64,000 bases of DNA from Promethearchaeia archaeon (GCA_029856125.1 JAHQWJ010000080.1:64001-128000); one strand, 5' to 3'; positions 10,254-21,349 are shown, counted from the stretch's first letter. A program made the numbers and translations. Notes: a model not told the origin generated them from the sequence alone.

Positions 10254-10835
10254 TTAATTTTCTCTTTGTAAAAGTAGTTTAACAAAGTCAGGTAGTGTTA
10301 AGAGATAACTTTGTGCATTAGGTAGTTGTTCTTTAATTTTCATGAAGAGTTGAGAATAATGTTCTGCTCGATCTTTTTGTTTTAATACCTCGTTTCTCGA
10401 TTGTTCCCTTATTGGCTCAACCGGAATTCCCCGTAATACTGATCTCGCGGGAATTGTTAAACCAGGAGGGACCTGGCTATTTTTAATAATGATAGACCCT
10501 TCTCCAATTGAACTTTCTTCATAAATAAGAGTCCCTTCCATAATTTGTATGTAATCTTCCATGAAGCAACCTAGAATTGTAACTCCTGATTCAATTATGC
10601 AATAACGCCCAATATTAATTGAACTTTTTTGAGATCTCGTAAACATCATCGCACCATTAAAAACTGTTGTATACTCACCGATATTAATTTTTGAGTTTTC
10701 AGCTCGAATTATAGAGCCGGGCCAAATAATTGCATTATCATTTACAGTAACATCGCCAATTAAAGTCGCTAGTGGAGATACATAACAATTATCACTAATA
10801 TTAGGGCTTCTTCCATTATATTCAAGTATTACCAT
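10254..10835 (-). CDS. Gamma-carbonic-anhydrase-like left-handed beta-helix protein, Zn histidines absent
   Basis: Hexapeptide repeats, ATLIGDV, RG/AE motif, G.P...IR; no His in the beta-helix. Confidence 0.8.
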   Translation of the reverse strand: MVILEYNGRSPNISDNCYVSPLATLIGDVTVNDNAIIWPGSIIRAENSKINIGEYTTVFNGAMMFTRSQKSSINIGRYCIIESGVTILGCFMEDYIQIMEGTLIYEESSIGEGSIIIKNSQVPPGLTIPARSVLRGIPVEPIREQSRNEVLKQKDRAEHYSQLFMKIKEQLPNAQSYLLTLPDFVKLLLQREN

Positions 10836-10985
10836 TGTTCTTCAACTATGTTTTTATTATTTAGACTGAAAAAAAGGTAAAATTCAAACCATTTAAATTT
10901 AATTAAATTATCAAGTTAAATAATCTCTTTTCTTAATAATGAAAATCTACATCTTCATAAATTCTCGATTTATTAGAAGTTCATT

Positions 10986-11801
10986 TTAATTAAAAATATT
11001 TATAGGATCTCTTGATTCAAAGAAATAAAAATCATCATGAGGAAACTCTAAACTCAGAATGTTATGCATTTTTTTCAAAGCAATAATGTTGCAGTTATAA
11101 AGAGATATTCCTATTAAGTTTAAACGGGATTCTTTAGCATAACTAGCAATTTGATTATCGAAATAACCAGAGATATAACAATCACAATTGTTTTTTAATG
11201 CCTTTCTAAGATAATTTATATTTAATTTATCTTCTCCTACAATACAAATTTTCTTTACTTCTGAATTTAATTCACCTACGAATAAAACTTCTTCAACTTC
11301 TAAATTAGATTTAATCCTTTTAAGTAAATTATCTAAAGTCATAATTTTAGTGTTCTCTGTATAAGAATTTGGGACGCATATTCTTCCTATAGGAACAGAA
11401 TCGCCCCTATTGTTTTTAACATTAAGTGTTTGATCCAATTTTAGATAGAGAGATTCCATAATAGTATCTGAAACACCTCCCTCAGCAGCTATAAAACTTG
11501 AGTTTAAAATAAAAATCAACAAAGGGTATCTGGATAGTAAATTTAACTTATTTATTAATAACTGATTAAAATGAGTGATAGGGTTATTATTGAAGTTGTT
11601 GAGAGAAATTATGAGGTTTATTTTATTCTTTATTGCATAATGAATTGATTCCAAGCTTAAATCAACCGTAAACAATATTTTTTTAATATGTTTCTTACTG
11701 TTGATTTGTCCGTAATATAATCCATAGTATTCAGAATCAATTCTATAAATTTTTGGAGATAATTTGTTTTCAATTATTGATTTAATCTCATTAAAAAACA
11801 T
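10986..11801 (-). CDS. NIF3/YbgI-like protein, metal ligands degenerate
   Basis: GL..G...IKKILFTVD, GGVSD, PIGRI, VKKICIVG; HH motif missing. Confidence 0.75.
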   Translation of the reverse strand: MFFNEIKSIIENKLSPKIYRIDSEYYGLYYGQINSKKHIKKILFTVDLSLESIHYAIKNKINLIISLNNFNNNPITHFNQLLINKLNLLSRYPLLIFILNSSFIAAEGGVSDTIMESLYLKLDQTLNVKNNRGDSVPIGRICVPNSYTENTKIMTLDNLLKRIKSNLEVEEVLFVGELNSEVKKICIVGEDKLNINYLRKALKNNCDCYISGYFDNQIASYAKESRLNLIGISLYNCNIIALKKMHNILSLEFPHDDFYFFESRDPINIFN

Positions 11802-11926
11802 TCAAATCACAACCCACTTGGTAATCTTTGAGATTTAAATAAACTAAAAAAATTAAAAGGCTGTCAAGGTTTTTTAAAGTTCATTATTTTTAATCATTAT
11901 ATAATTATCGTAAGTGAGGTAAGTTA

Positions 11927-12346
11927 TTGTTGAGTAACGATGATTGCATATTTTGTAAAATAATTGCAAAAGAAATTCCTTCAAAAATTTTGTATCAAAA
12001 TAATGATACGATCGCATTTCTAGATATTTTTCCAATATCTCAAGGTCATACTATTGTTATACCAAAAAAACATTATACTAATCTAGAAACCATTCCGATA
12101 AATGAATTATATGAGGTTATAGGAGCTGTCAAAATTGTATCTAACTTGATTTATAAAAATTTGAATATTGATGGATACAACATATTGCAGAATAACCATA
12201 AGGCCGCTGGACAAGTAATTAATCACTTTCATATCCACATAATTCCTAGGAGTAGGGGAGATGGAAAATTCAAATTGATAATCCCTAGAGAACAAGCAAC
12301 TGAAGAAGAGCTCGATCAAACACTAAAAATTATTAGCGATTCATAA
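11927..12346 (+). CDS. HIT family hydrolase
   Basis: DCIFCKI, GHT.VIPK.H, AGQ.I.HFHIHIIPR. Confidence 0.95.
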   Translation: MLSNDDCIFCKIIAKEIPSKILYQNNDTIAFLDIFPISQGHTIVIPKKHYTNLETIPINELYEVIGAVKIVSNLIYKNLNIDGYNILQNNHKAAGQVINHFHIHIIPRSRGDGKFKLIIPREQATEEELDQTLKIISDS

Positions 12347-12414
12347 TATTATGCTTTTTAGTTTAGTTTAAAAGGTTTTTTTTACAATATAAGGCAAAAA
12401 AGATCTTTTTTAGT

Positions 12415-12648
12415 ATGAAGAAGAAATCCATTAAACAAATGAAAAAAACAATTCTAAGCAAAATAAAAGCTTTCTTCTCAGACGAATATGGAGGTAATCT
12501 AATAGAATATGCTCTACTAATTGGATTAGCGTTATTTATTTTCTTTATAATTGTCGGAGTTATGACTTCTTTACTAGACTGGCCTTTAGATTTAGCAAAT
12601 AATTTTTGGGAAGACTTTGGTGCGATACTTAAAAACCAATTTCTTTAA
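12415..12648 (+). CDS. Flp/Fap-like type IV pilin
   Basis: FFSDEYG|GNLIEYALLIG class III signal peptide with Flp E5-Y6 motif and TM helix. Confidence 0.75.
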   Translation: MKKKSIKQMKKTILSKIKAFFSDEYGGNLIEYALLIGLALFIFFIIVGVMTSLLDWPLDLANNFWEDFGAILKNQFL

Positions 12649-12701
12649 ATCAGGAGATTTAAGTTTTTAAATTGTGCAAACGAAAGAAGAATAGATAAAT
12701 T

Positions 12702-13076
12702 TTATTCCTGATCTTTTATAACAAGGTTTTCTATGATCCTAATATCATATTTTTCTGTCCATATATGAATATTCTCCAAAACCAACTTTTTATCGACTTG
12801 AAGAAAATTTATAAAATCATCAAAAGGTATTTTATCAGCGCCTTTAAATAGATTCTTGATTCTTTTGTTAATTATTGCATCATCAGGTGGGAATAATTCT
12901 CTTCTTTTTGCCTTCATTTTATCTATAACATCGTCAAATCTACCGTAATCAAAAAAATGTTCCACAATTCTGCTAATTACTGAAGCAGGAGTACTTCCAA
13001 AAACCCCTACTAATTCTTTTACTTGATTCATACTAATTCGGCTTAAAGTTACCGTTGTTCGTGTAGTTTCGGTCAT
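12702..13076 (-). CDS. Putative ribbon-helix-helix DNA-binding protein
   Basis: RTTVTLS beta ribbon, then helices with STPASVISRIV. Confidence 0.6.
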   Translation of the reverse strand: MTETTRTTVTLSRISMNQVKELVGVFGSTPASVISRIVEHFFDYGRFDDVIDKMKAKRRELFPPDDAIINKRIKNLFKGADKIPFDDFINFLQVDKKLVLENIHIWTEKYDIRIIENLVIKDQE

Positions 13077-13135
13077 TTTAATGTTGGTTTAGCTTTGTTT
13101 CACAAATATAAAATAATTTTGTCGCTTTTAAGTTT

Positions 13136-13170
13136 ATGCTTATTGATGATAATAATGCATCAATAAGCAT
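13136..13170. promoter_or_regulatory. Perfect 13-bp inverted repeat (putative operator)
   Basis: ATGCTTATTGATG-N9-CATCAATAAGCAT directly before TATA-like TTTATATAA, between divergent regulator genes. Confidence 0.6.
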
Positions 13171-13299
13171 CTTTATATAAAACTCGGTACTACTATATAA
13201 TATAACAATACGCACTGTCTCATTAGTGAAAATGTCGAAAAATTGTCGAATTAATTAATATAATAGAGAAAAATAAAATAAAAAATGGAGGAATAAATT

Positions 13300-13554
13300 A
13301 TGGTAAATAAAGTTATAACCAACACCGATTTTAACTCAAAAGGGTATTTGACTCCAATTCAGAGTAATTTGATTAATAAATTACGAAATAACGGACCAAC
13401 TACTCGCAAAGATTTAGTGAAAATATTAAATAGTCCCCGAACCACCATTTATGATAATCTTTTAAAGCTACAAAAAAGAAAACTTATCGAAAAGTTTACA
13501 AGAAACAATGGAATGAGAGGTAGACCGTTAGTTTTTTGGAAAGTAAAAGAGTAA
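13300..13554 (+). CDS. Small winged-helix (TrmB-like) regulator
   Basis: PRTTIYDNLLKL...LIEK...GRP pattern. Confidence 0.8.
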   Translation: MVNKVITNTDFNSKGYLTPIQSNLINKLRNNGPTTRKDLVKILNSPRTTIYDNLLKLQKRKLIEKFTRNNGMRGRPLVFWKVKE

Positions 13555-13613
13555 ATATCAATTTCTTTTTCTTCTTTTTTTAAAAGACAAGAATTAATTA
13601 ATAAAAAACAATA

Positions 13614-13792
13614 ACTCCTATTTTTCCACTGCAAAAAAAAATTAAACAAAGTAAAAAAAATTTTTTGTATATTATAATTAAACAAGCCCCAGTTTCAAAT
13701 TATTTATTCATATTTAAATTATATTATTAATATTTTAATTTTAACTTGATATTTCCTAAGTTATTAACATTTTCCAATGGAAAAATAGGAGT
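13614..13792. other. Candidate replication origin (inverted ORB-like pair flanking an AT-rich DUE)
   Basis: 13614-13635 (minus: TTTGCAGTGGAAAAATAGGAGT) and 13771-13792 (plus: TTTCCAATGGAAAAATAGGAGT) with an AT-rich spacer. Confidence 0.6.
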
Positions 13793-13828
13793 AAATCGGT
13801 TTAAGGATTATTTAAATTCCAAATTTTT

Positions 13829-15619
13829 TTATTTATGAACGTAATAGTACTCGTTGATCCTTTTTTGATAGGTATCTTTTGTACTTCCTATCTTATTAAC
13901 TCGAGGTCTTTTTGTTTCTTTCTCTCTTCTAAAGGTGATTCCCATCATTTTTAAAAATAGATTAAACCCATCTCTTAAATTTAAAGGAGCTAGCGCTCTT
14001 CCTTCTATCCCTGGAGTTCCTTCAAACACTAAAATTGAGTCTGCTATAAAATCTTGCGTGATGATATCGTGTTCTACAACGAACGCTGATTTTTTTAATT
14101 CTTCTATTGACTTTCGTAATAATTGAGCTACAGTTAATCTCATTTCTATATCTAAAAAAGCTGATGGTTCGTCTAATAAATAAATATCGGCTTCAGTAGA
14201 CAGGCAGTCTGCAATTGTTACCCGTTGTAACTCACCACCACTTAGTTCAGATATTTTTCTATCTTTAATATTGTTGAGTTTAAGGCTGTTTATTAATCGT
14301 TTTTTATATGATTGACTAAGATAAGAAGCCATTTTAATTTTCGATAATGTATCAGAAACTAATTTAGATTCATCTATTTTGATATATTGAGGTTTTAAAG
14401 AAATTTTTAGTTTATCTTCTTCAAAATCATCAATTTTATTTGCAATTAAATCAATAAATGTAGACTTTCCAATTCCATTGGGTCCTAGAATTCCTAGAAT
14501 TTCGCCGGCATGGACTTCGCTCCCCGTTATTGTCAAGTGGAAATCACCAAGAGTTTTTTCTAAATTTTCATACGAAAAAATGCTCACACCAGTATCAAAT
14601 GAAGTATCAATTGGAGGTCTTTCGTGAAATTGAATGGGTTCATCCCTAATTCTTACATTTTCATCTTTAATATATCCATTCAAATAGATATTAATTCCTA
14701 CTCGTACACCTTGTGGATGTGATATAATACCATATGCTCCAGGAACCCCATAGAATAAAGATATATAATCACTTAAATAATCTAATATCGCTAAATCATG
14801 TTCTACAACTACTACAGTTTTATTGTCATCAGTAAGGCTTCTGATCAATTTCGCCATATTTATTCTTTCACTAACATCTAGGTAAGAACTAGGCTCATCA
14901 ATAAGATATACATCAGCATCTTTCAAGTAAGCAGCAGCAATTGCTACTCTTTGAACCTCTCCTCCAGAGAGAACAGATAAGTTTCTATCAAGAATTTCAT
15001 TGAGATTTAATTCTTTAACAACATTATCTAAAAGATCATTTACATCGTTCTTTTTTAGGAGATCATAAACTTTACCAACTACATGTTTAGGAATAAGGTT
15101 AATATTTTGAGGTTTATGAACAACGCTTAATTTTTTATCAAATAACTCTAAGAAATACTGTTGTAGTTCTGAACCTTTAAAAAATTTAATAATGGCGTCG
15201 TTATTGGGAGTATCTTCATTAAATTTACCCAAATTCATTTTCAGATCTCCTGAAAGAATCGATAACATCGTACTTTTTCCAATTCCATTTTGACCAATTA
15301 GCCCTAAAACTTTTCCTCTTTTAGGAATGGCCATTCGAAATAAAGAGAATTGATCGGGACCGTATCGATAAGTTATCTGATTTTTCAAGGGATCTGGTAA
15401 GTTAATAATGCTTATCGCATTGAATGGGCATTTTTTTATACAGATGCCGCATCCAGTGCAAAGACTTTCAGTAATTTCAACAGACTTCCCAGTAGAGCTT
15501 AATACTATTGTTTCATCTCCTGTTCTTACCTTAGGGCAGTATTTTATACATGGTTTTTCACCATATGGACTACATTTATCAGGTTTGCAGCGATCCTTAC
15601 TAAGTACGGCGATTCTCAA
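13829..15619 (-). CDS. Ribosome recycling ATPase ABCE1/RLI
   Basis: N-terminal Fe-S cysteines CTGCGICIKKCP; two ABC domains (GQNGIGKS, LSGGE, DEPS). Confidence 0.97.
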   Translation of the reverse strand: MRIAVLSKDRCKPDKCSPYGEKPCIKYCPKVRTGDETIVLSSTGKSVEITESLCTGCGICIKKCPFNAISIINLPDPLKNQITYRYGPDQFSLFRMAIPKRGKVLGLIGQNGIGKSTMLSILSGDLKMNLGKFNEDTPNNDAIIKFFKGSELQQYFLELFDKKLSVVHKPQNINLIPKHVVGKVYDLLKKNDVNDLLDNVVKELNLNEILDRNLSVLSGGEVQRVAIAAAYLKDADVYLIDEPSSYLDVSERINMAKLIRSLTDDNKTVVVVEHDLAILDYLSDYISLFYGVPGAYGIISHPQGVRVGINIYLNGYIKDENVRIRDEPIQFHERPPIDTSFDTGVSIFSYENLEKTLGDFHLTITGSEVHAGEILGILGPNGIGKSTFIDLIANKIDDFEEDKLKISLKPQYIKIDESKLVSDTLSKIKMASYLSQSYKKRLINSLKLNNIKDRKISELSGGELQRVTIADCLSTEADIYLLDEPSAFLDIEMRLTVAQLLRKSIEELKKSAFVVEHDIITQDFIADSILVFEGTPGIEGRALAPLNLRDGFNLFLKMMGITFRREKETKRPRVNKIGSTKDTYQKRINEYYYVHK

Positions 15620-15705
15620 GACTATTACACCACTATTAAAAATGAAAAATGATAAATAATTTTTATGCTTTACTCAGTTAAGGTTTTGTTAAGTAGTGAA
15701 AATAA

Positions 15706-17418
15706 TTGATAAATAAAGCGTTCACTCACTGGCTAGAAGAGACAGTGGAAAAAATATCTAAAAGAAATTTAACAGAGTTAACTTTTTCCACCGGTAAAAC
15801 ACCCTCAGGACATATACACATTGGAATTTTAAGAGAAATAATCATATGCGATGCTTTAAGGAGAATTTTTGAGAAAAAAGGATTTAAAGTCTCTTTTTAT
15901 TTGTTCATGGACGATTTTGATGCTGCTAAAAGATTTCCAGACTATATAGATCCAGAATATCAAAAAAAATATATAGGTAAACCTTTTGCGCTTATCCCCT
16001 GTCCCTTTGACGATTGTGGATGTGAAAGCTACGCTCGCCATTTTGGAAATGAATTAATTTCAACATTCGAATACTTTGGAATAAAAAATGAAATTGTCTG
16101 GACATATGATTTGTACCAAAAAAGAGAAATGCAAGAAAAAATAAGAATTGCTCTTGAGAATACTGATAAAATTAAAGAAATATTAAAAAAATATATATTT
16201 CCCACACTGGATAACGATCGAAAACAGTTATTTATTGATATGCAAAAAACTTGGATACCTGCCATGATTATCTGTGACGAGTGCAATAAAATACAGTATA
16301 AAGCCACGGACGGAACAATTCGGCCAAATAGGGTCATTAAGTATCTAAAAAAAGAACGAGAGGTGTTGTACGAATGCCCTGGATGTGGTCATAAAGGAAA
16401 AAAATCAATTTTCAGCGGTAAATTAAAATTAAATTGGAGAGTCGATTGGCCTGCAAAATGGGCCTTATTTAATGCAACGTGTGAACCTGCTGGTAAAGAT
16501 CATAGCGTAAAAGGAGGGGCATACGACACTGGGATAGAAATTTGTCAAAAAGTTTATGATTATGAAGGTCCAATTAAACTTCCTTATGAATGGTTAAGAT
16601 TAGGGGATAAAGATATGAAGACATCTAAAGGTATTGTTTTTACTCCTAAACAATACATGGAATTAGCCGATCCAGAAATTTACCGAATGTTGATATTGAG
16701 AACAAATCCAATGAAACACATTTCTCTAAGGATGGAAGAAATCCGTCAATATCAGGACTACTACGAAAAAATGGAAAATATTTTTTATGGGGTAGAGGAA
16801 CCTGAATCCAAGGAAGAATACGATTTTTACAAATATTTATATCCTTTGACCAAGGTTATTAATGTTCCAGAGTTTAAACCAATCAGGATTCCTTTAACAT
16901 TATTAACTTTCCTTTCTCAAATGCAGAATATTTTAAAATTAGATAAATTATATGAAAAAGCAATCTCAACTTTAAGAGTTAATAATAACGAAAAAACGAT
17001 TTCAATCAAAGAGTTTAAATTTTTATTAAAAAGAACAGAAAAATGGATTAAAGAAATTGAAAATGAATTAACTAAAATAACGGATCCCAAAATAAAAAGA
17101 AATATTCAGAATAAAATCGAAATTTTTACAATTCCTAAAAAAATTGACAAAAAAATCATCAAAAATTTATCCGATGATCAAATTAACGGCTTAAAAAAAT
17201 TCCGAGAATATTTAGCTGATAACGACGATCTTGATGCCGATTCAATACAAAATAAAATATTTACTATAGCCAAAAAGGAATTAAAAATTCCACCTAAGAA
17301 ATTATTTGAAGCATTTTATCTCGTTCTTTTAGGTTCGAAATCTGGGCCAAGATTAGGACCTTTTATTCAAATGTTAGACAAAAAATGGTTGATGGATAGA
17401 CTAAATCAAATATTATAA
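15706..17418 (+). CDS. lysS: Lysine--tRNA ligase, class I
   Basis: TPSGHIHIG, KLNWRVDWPAKW, EPAGKDH, MKTSKG, GPRLG. Confidence 0.96.
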   Translation: MINKAFTHWLEETVEKISKRNLTELTFSTGKTPSGHIHIGILREIIICDALRRIFEKKGFKVSFYLFMDDFDAAKRFPDYIDPEYQKKYIGKPFALIPCPFDDCGCESYARHFGNELISTFEYFGIKNEIVWTYDLYQKREMQEKIRIALENTDKIKEILKKYIFPTLDNDRKQLFIDMQKTWIPAMIICDECNKIQYKATDGTIRPNRVIKYLKKEREVLYECPGCGHKGKKSIFSGKLKLNWRVDWPAKWALFNATCEPAGKDHSVKGGAYDTGIEICQKVYDYEGPIKLPYEWLRLGDKDMKTSKGIVFTPKQYMELADPEIYRMLILRTNPMKHISLRMEEIRQYQDYYEKMENIFYGVEEPESKEEYDFYKYLYPLTKVINVPEFKPIRIPLTLLTFLSQMQNILKLDKLYEKAISTLRVNNNEKTISIKEFKFLLKRTEKWIKEIENELTKITDPKIKRNIQNKIEIFTIPKKIDKKIIKNLSDDQINGLKKFREYLADNDDLDADSIQNKIFTIAKKELKIPPKKLFEAFYLVLLGSKSGPRLGPFIQMLDKKWLMDRLNQIL

Positions 17419-17439
17419 TAACTAGTTAAAAATAATTCT

Positions 17440-17637
17440 TCAATCAGATTCTTCAGATTTTTGTTTCTTATTTTTAAATTTGTACCATTTCTTCTTTTGC
17501 TTTTTATCTTGTAGAATAGTATAGCATTCAGAACAATAAGTGATACCCTCTTCAATCATTCTTTCACATTTCTTACAGTGCTTATGAGGATAAATATATT
17601 CTACTGATTGTTTTTTGTATCTTTCGTATTTACTCAA
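17440..17637 (-). CDS. DUF2116-like Zn-ribbon protein
   Basis: PHKHCKKC...I.....YCSEC. Confidence 0.75.
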   Translation of the reverse strand: MSKYERYKKQSVEYIYPHKHCKKCERMIEEGITYCSECYTILQDKKQKKKWYKFKNKKQKSEESD

Positions 17638-17681
17638 TATAAATCTCCAATATTGTATTAATTATTTATATAGTCAATAAA

Positions 17682-18941
17682 TTATAACTTTTTCACTCCG
17701 GGAACTATTTTAATTTTAAAAAATTGAGCATTTTTTAATCGATCCCTAGCTTCTAAGGGGTACTCTGGAAAGAGAGATAGGTAATATTCCTCGTTGGTAA
17801 TAATTTTACTCAATTCCTCCTTCCAGCTCAATAGAACAGCATCAATTCTATCCGGTTTTACGAGAGCAAATATCGATCCACCACCACCAGCTCCTGTTAA
17901 TTTTGCAGCAAAAACATCTGAGTTGTACTCAATTAGACGTATCAGAATATTATTAAACAACCCAATTCCATGCAAAAACCCAACATGTCTCATCAAATTA
18001 TTCATAATGGCTGTGTTTTCCTTGAAATAAACTCCTAATTGTTTCCAATCATGTCTCATCAAAGCAAAACGTGATTTCCAAGAAATCTCTGCAAGATTTT
18101 GATAACCCTTTATAATTATGGGATCCCCATTCAAATAACATCTCCTTAATTTTTCATGAACAACTCCACTTTCATGAGTTACGCCTGAAAAACAAATAAT
18201 TATTGGTAAAGTTTTTATATTGTATGTTAAATCGATCCTATCGTATATCGCTAAAGGTTCCAACGAAATTTTCTTATGAAAAACTTTTCCAAAGTAGGAG
18301 CAAAATCCTAACCCACCTCTCGCTATTACATATCGATCTCCATACCCCGCAGTTATTTTGAGATCATGGTCTTCTACCTTAGTCGCTATTTCTGCTAAAA
18401 TGTCTCTGTTTATTGGAAACTCTCCCGTTTTTAGACTTATAAAGTTATTATATAAACCAAAATATTTTGCCAAGCCATACATAATCCCGATTATTATAGC
18501 TGCGCTCCCCCCCAAACCACTTTTTAGAGGGATAGTTGTAATAATTCCAATTTCAAAATTCTCTTTTTCAAATTTTTCCTTAAAAGCGGAATTTGTTTTG
18601 ATTAACCGATAGATACTGGCATAGAAGAGCTTAAATTCCCCCTTTAATTTCTTCATTACATCATTTAAGTTCTTTTCGATCTTTTCTTCTTTTAAAACAC
18701 AAATATTTACTTTACCAGCACCATCTAAATTTGAATAAAATTTTACTGAACCGAGCATTTCCCTCTTTTTTATATAAACAAAAACAGATAGTGGGTTATC
18801 TAATCCATTGATTGCTGCTGAAGGCATCCAAAAATCGCCTTCAACAGCATCTAAAGGATTAATTAAGTTAATTCTTGCTGGGGCTTGAATTAAAATATCA
18901 GGGTTTAATCCTTTTATGAAATCTAAAATTTGTTGTAACAT
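17682..18941 (-). CDS. GHMP-family kinase
   Basis: APARI, IPLKSGLGGSAA, KLTGAGGGG. Confidence 0.9.
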   Translation of the reverse strand: MLQQILDFIKGLNPDILIQAPARINLINPLDAVEGDFWMPSAAINGLDNPLSVFVYIKKREMLGSVKFYSNLDGAGKVNICVLKEEKIEKNLNDVMKKLKGEFKLFYASIYRLIKTNSAFKEKFEKENFEIGIITTIPLKSGLGGSAAIIIGIMYGLAKYFGLYNNFISLKTGEFPINRDILAEIATKVEDHDLKITAGYGDRYVIARGGLGFCSYFGKVFHKKISLEPLAIYDRIDLTYNIKTLPIIICFSGVTHESGVVHEKLRRCYLNGDPIIIKGYQNLAEISWKSRFALMRHDWKQLGVYFKENTAIMNNLMRHVGFLHGIGLFNNILIRLIEYNSDVFAAKLTGAGGGGSIFALVKPDRIDAVLLSWKEELSKIITNEEYYLSLFPEYPLEARDRLKNAQFFKIKIVPGVKKL

Positions 18942-19156
18942 CTAATATCATCCGACATGTTTTCTTGAGCATTATAAATGATAACAAACAATTTTAATTA
19001 TATATATTTTAAAAAGGGTAGTTATTAGTTTTATCTACATCTTAAATCATCTAATTTTTTCAATTTTATTTATGTTTAGTTAGCGTGAAAGCGATCATTC
19101 CACTCTACTAAACAAATATAATAAGTTTTTATAATTATTTTTAAAAAAATATTGAA

Positions 19157-20293
19157 ATGGTTAAGAAGGGTAAATTTAAGTTGTTTTCATTTTTATTGGA
19201 GAGTTATTTAATTTATTATAAAAGCATTAACAAGAATAATAAGCTTATTGCTTTTTCTATTCTTGAATGCGACAATTTCCTTAGAATTCTTAAACCTCTT
19301 AATGAATTTTTATTAAATAAATATCTATTCTATTATTCTATTCAGCTTAATATCCCTCAAAAAAGAAAAACTATAATCATTATATCCTTTATCGGTGAAA
19401 AAAGAAGCAATATTGATAAATTCTTTAATTTGATTAAAGAACAGATTAATAATATTGATAAATCTGTATCGTTTTTAAAAAATCGAAAATTGAAAAGGCA
19501 TTTTTTACATGTCTTGTCAAATAATATAGAGGGAGGAGCAAATTCAATGAAACAACCGAACTTTTTGGTTTTAAAGTATGGTGATAATCTAAAATTTATT
19601 CAAATTCATCAAATAAATTGTGACAACCTAAAAAACCAAATGATTCCCTTACATAGTTTACTGAAAGCCCTTAAAAACTTTAACCAAAAAGGGTATATGG
19701 TTTTTAACGTTAGAACCAATAATCGTCAGAAAATTGTAACCAATGCGTACTTTTTAGACATAAAACATGATGTAGCCTCAAACCCCATTAACATAGATAA
19801 AGAAATAAACCAACTTTATAATTGCGAACTATTCAAGAAATCAAACCCTAATATATCAAGCATTTTTCGTATATTATGGAGAGTAAATGTTTCAGATAAT
19901 TTTTATGCAATAAACAACGATGCTGACATCTTTTTTTCATTAAGTCATTTTAATTTTCAGGATATCTCTAAGTTTAACACTCAATTTGTTAAAAACCTGC
20001 AATTGAACAATTTAAATTATTATCGTCTAAAACCAAATCTTTTCTTTATTGAAGAGAAAATTTTATTTTTAATATTAGAAGATAACAATTTAAAAGACAT
20101 TAAAAAACTACTAGAACGTTTTTTCTCTCAATATTTCATATTCATTTTAATTTTAAATCATAAAGAATATAGAAAATTAATTGAATCTAAAGAAGTAGGT
20201 TTGTTGGATAATTTAAAAATTCTTAACTTTAAAGATTTTGCTATGCTTGATTTCTTAGAGATGAACAAAGAAAATTTATTAAAAAATGCCTAA
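19157..20293 (+). CDS. Hypothetical protein
   Basis: 378 aa ORF, no recognised motif. Confidence 0.65.
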   Translation: MVKKGKFKLFSFLLESYLIYYKSINKNNKLIAFSILECDNFLRILKPLNEFLLNKYLFYYSIQLNIPQKRKTIIIISFIGEKRSNIDKFFNLIKEQINNIDKSVSFLKNRKLKRHFLHVLSNNIEGGANSMKQPNFLVLKYGDNLKFIQIHQINCDNLKNQMIPLHSLLKALKNFNQKGYMVFNVRTNNRQKIVTNAYFLDIKHDVASNPINIDKEINQLYNCELFKKSNPNISSIFRILWRVNVSDNFYAINNDADIFFSLSHFNFQDISKFNTQFVKNLQLNNLNYYRLKPNLFFIEEKILFLILEDNNLKDIKKLLERFFSQYFIFILILNHKEYRKLIESKEVGLLDNLKILNFKDFAMLDFLEMNKENLLKNA

Positions 20294-20542
20294 ATCGATA
20301 GCGATATCCTGAGCAGAATAATTTGGGTGGAGTTTAATTAAAGCTTTTTTTTCCCCTTTAGGTGTTATGATTGTATTCACTTTGATCACTTTGACATTAT
20401 GTATTTTCTCTATTGCTTGCTTTATCTGGCTTTTATTAGCTTTTTTATTAACGATAAAAACTAACTTGTTTTCCCTCTCGATAATATCGAAGGTTTTTTC
20501 AGTTATCAACGGTCTTTGAATAATCTTATAATAAGTTTCCAA
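20279..20542 (-). CDS. rpl23: 50S ribosomal protein L23
   Basis: [23 protein letters not shown]. Confidence 0.96.
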   Translation of the reverse strand: METYYKIIQRPLITEKTFDIIERENKLVFIVNKKANKSQIKQAIEKIHNVKVIKVNTIITPKGEKKALIKLHPNYSAQDIAIDLGIF

Positions 20543-20543
20543 G

Positions 20544-21332
20544 CTAAACTAACACCTCGTACCTTTCTAATTCACTAAAAGCGGACTGAGTCCATAAACT
20601 TAATCGCCCTGGCAACCCTCCAGGTGCTAAATTTGCGATTGACAAGTTTTCAATTTTTATAACATCTAAACCAGGAATATTTCTTGATGCTTTAATTATT
20701 CCGAAATCTTCCTTAATTACGATTAAAACGCTTTTCTTATTTTTATATTTTCGTCCCCGTCTCTTCCCTTTTCCAGCTCTAATTTTTTTTCCTTGTTTTG
20801 CTCGAAACAGATCTTCTGCTAATCCTAGTTCTGTAAGGATTGAATACAGAAATTTAGTTTTTTTAACCGTTTGTATTTTATCATCGATCACTAAAGGAAT
20901 TTCAGGAATATTTTTAATTATATGACCCCGATTTTTTACCCATTCTTGATTACCAGAAGCGGATATCGCAGAAATTATAGATAACTTGTTAATTTTTTTG
21001 TTTAATTTTTTTTCAACAATTTTATCTGTTTTTATTGGGTGAGCTCTTCTCCCTCCCTTTGCAAAAGGGACCCTTCCTACATTTCGAGATGTAGGGAACC
21101 CAGAACCTTTAATACGTGGGGCTCTTGACATTCCATGACCTGTTCCCCAACCTTCAGCGGTATTTCTTAAACCTGCCCTCTTATTTCTTCCTTGAATTTG
21201 TTTATTTCTACTTGAAGAAACTTCACTTGCTAGCTGAATAAGATCCCTTCGAGGCTTTACATTGAATAAATGCGGTATATCAACTAGATTTTTCTTGTTG
21301 CCATCTAGATCATAAACGTTAACTTTTTCCAT
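20544..21332 (-). CDS. rpl4: 50S ribosomal protein L4
   Basis: [35 protein letters not shown]. Confidence 0.96.
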   Translation of the reverse strand: MEKVNVYDLDGNKKNLVDIPHLFNVKPRRDLIQLASEVSSSRNKQIQGRNKRAGLRNTAEGWGTGHGMSRAPRIKGSGFPTSRNVGRVPFAKGGRRAHPIKTDKIVEKKLNKKINKLSIISAISASGNQEWVKNRGHIIKNIPEIPLVIDDKIQTVKKTKFLYSILTELGLAEDLFRAKQGKKIRAGKGKRRGRKYKNKKSVLIVIKEDFGIIKASRNIPGLDVIKIENLSIANLAPGGLPGRLSLWTQSAFSELERYEVLV

Positions 21333-21349
21333 AGAATCACAATCTTATA

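Noticed and set aside
19075-19112. Small GC-richer stem (GTGGAATGATCGCTTTCAC on minus) resembling a fluoride riboswitch P1
   Set aside because: No pseudoknot partner or GAUGAC-like 3' motif; downstream gene unrelated.
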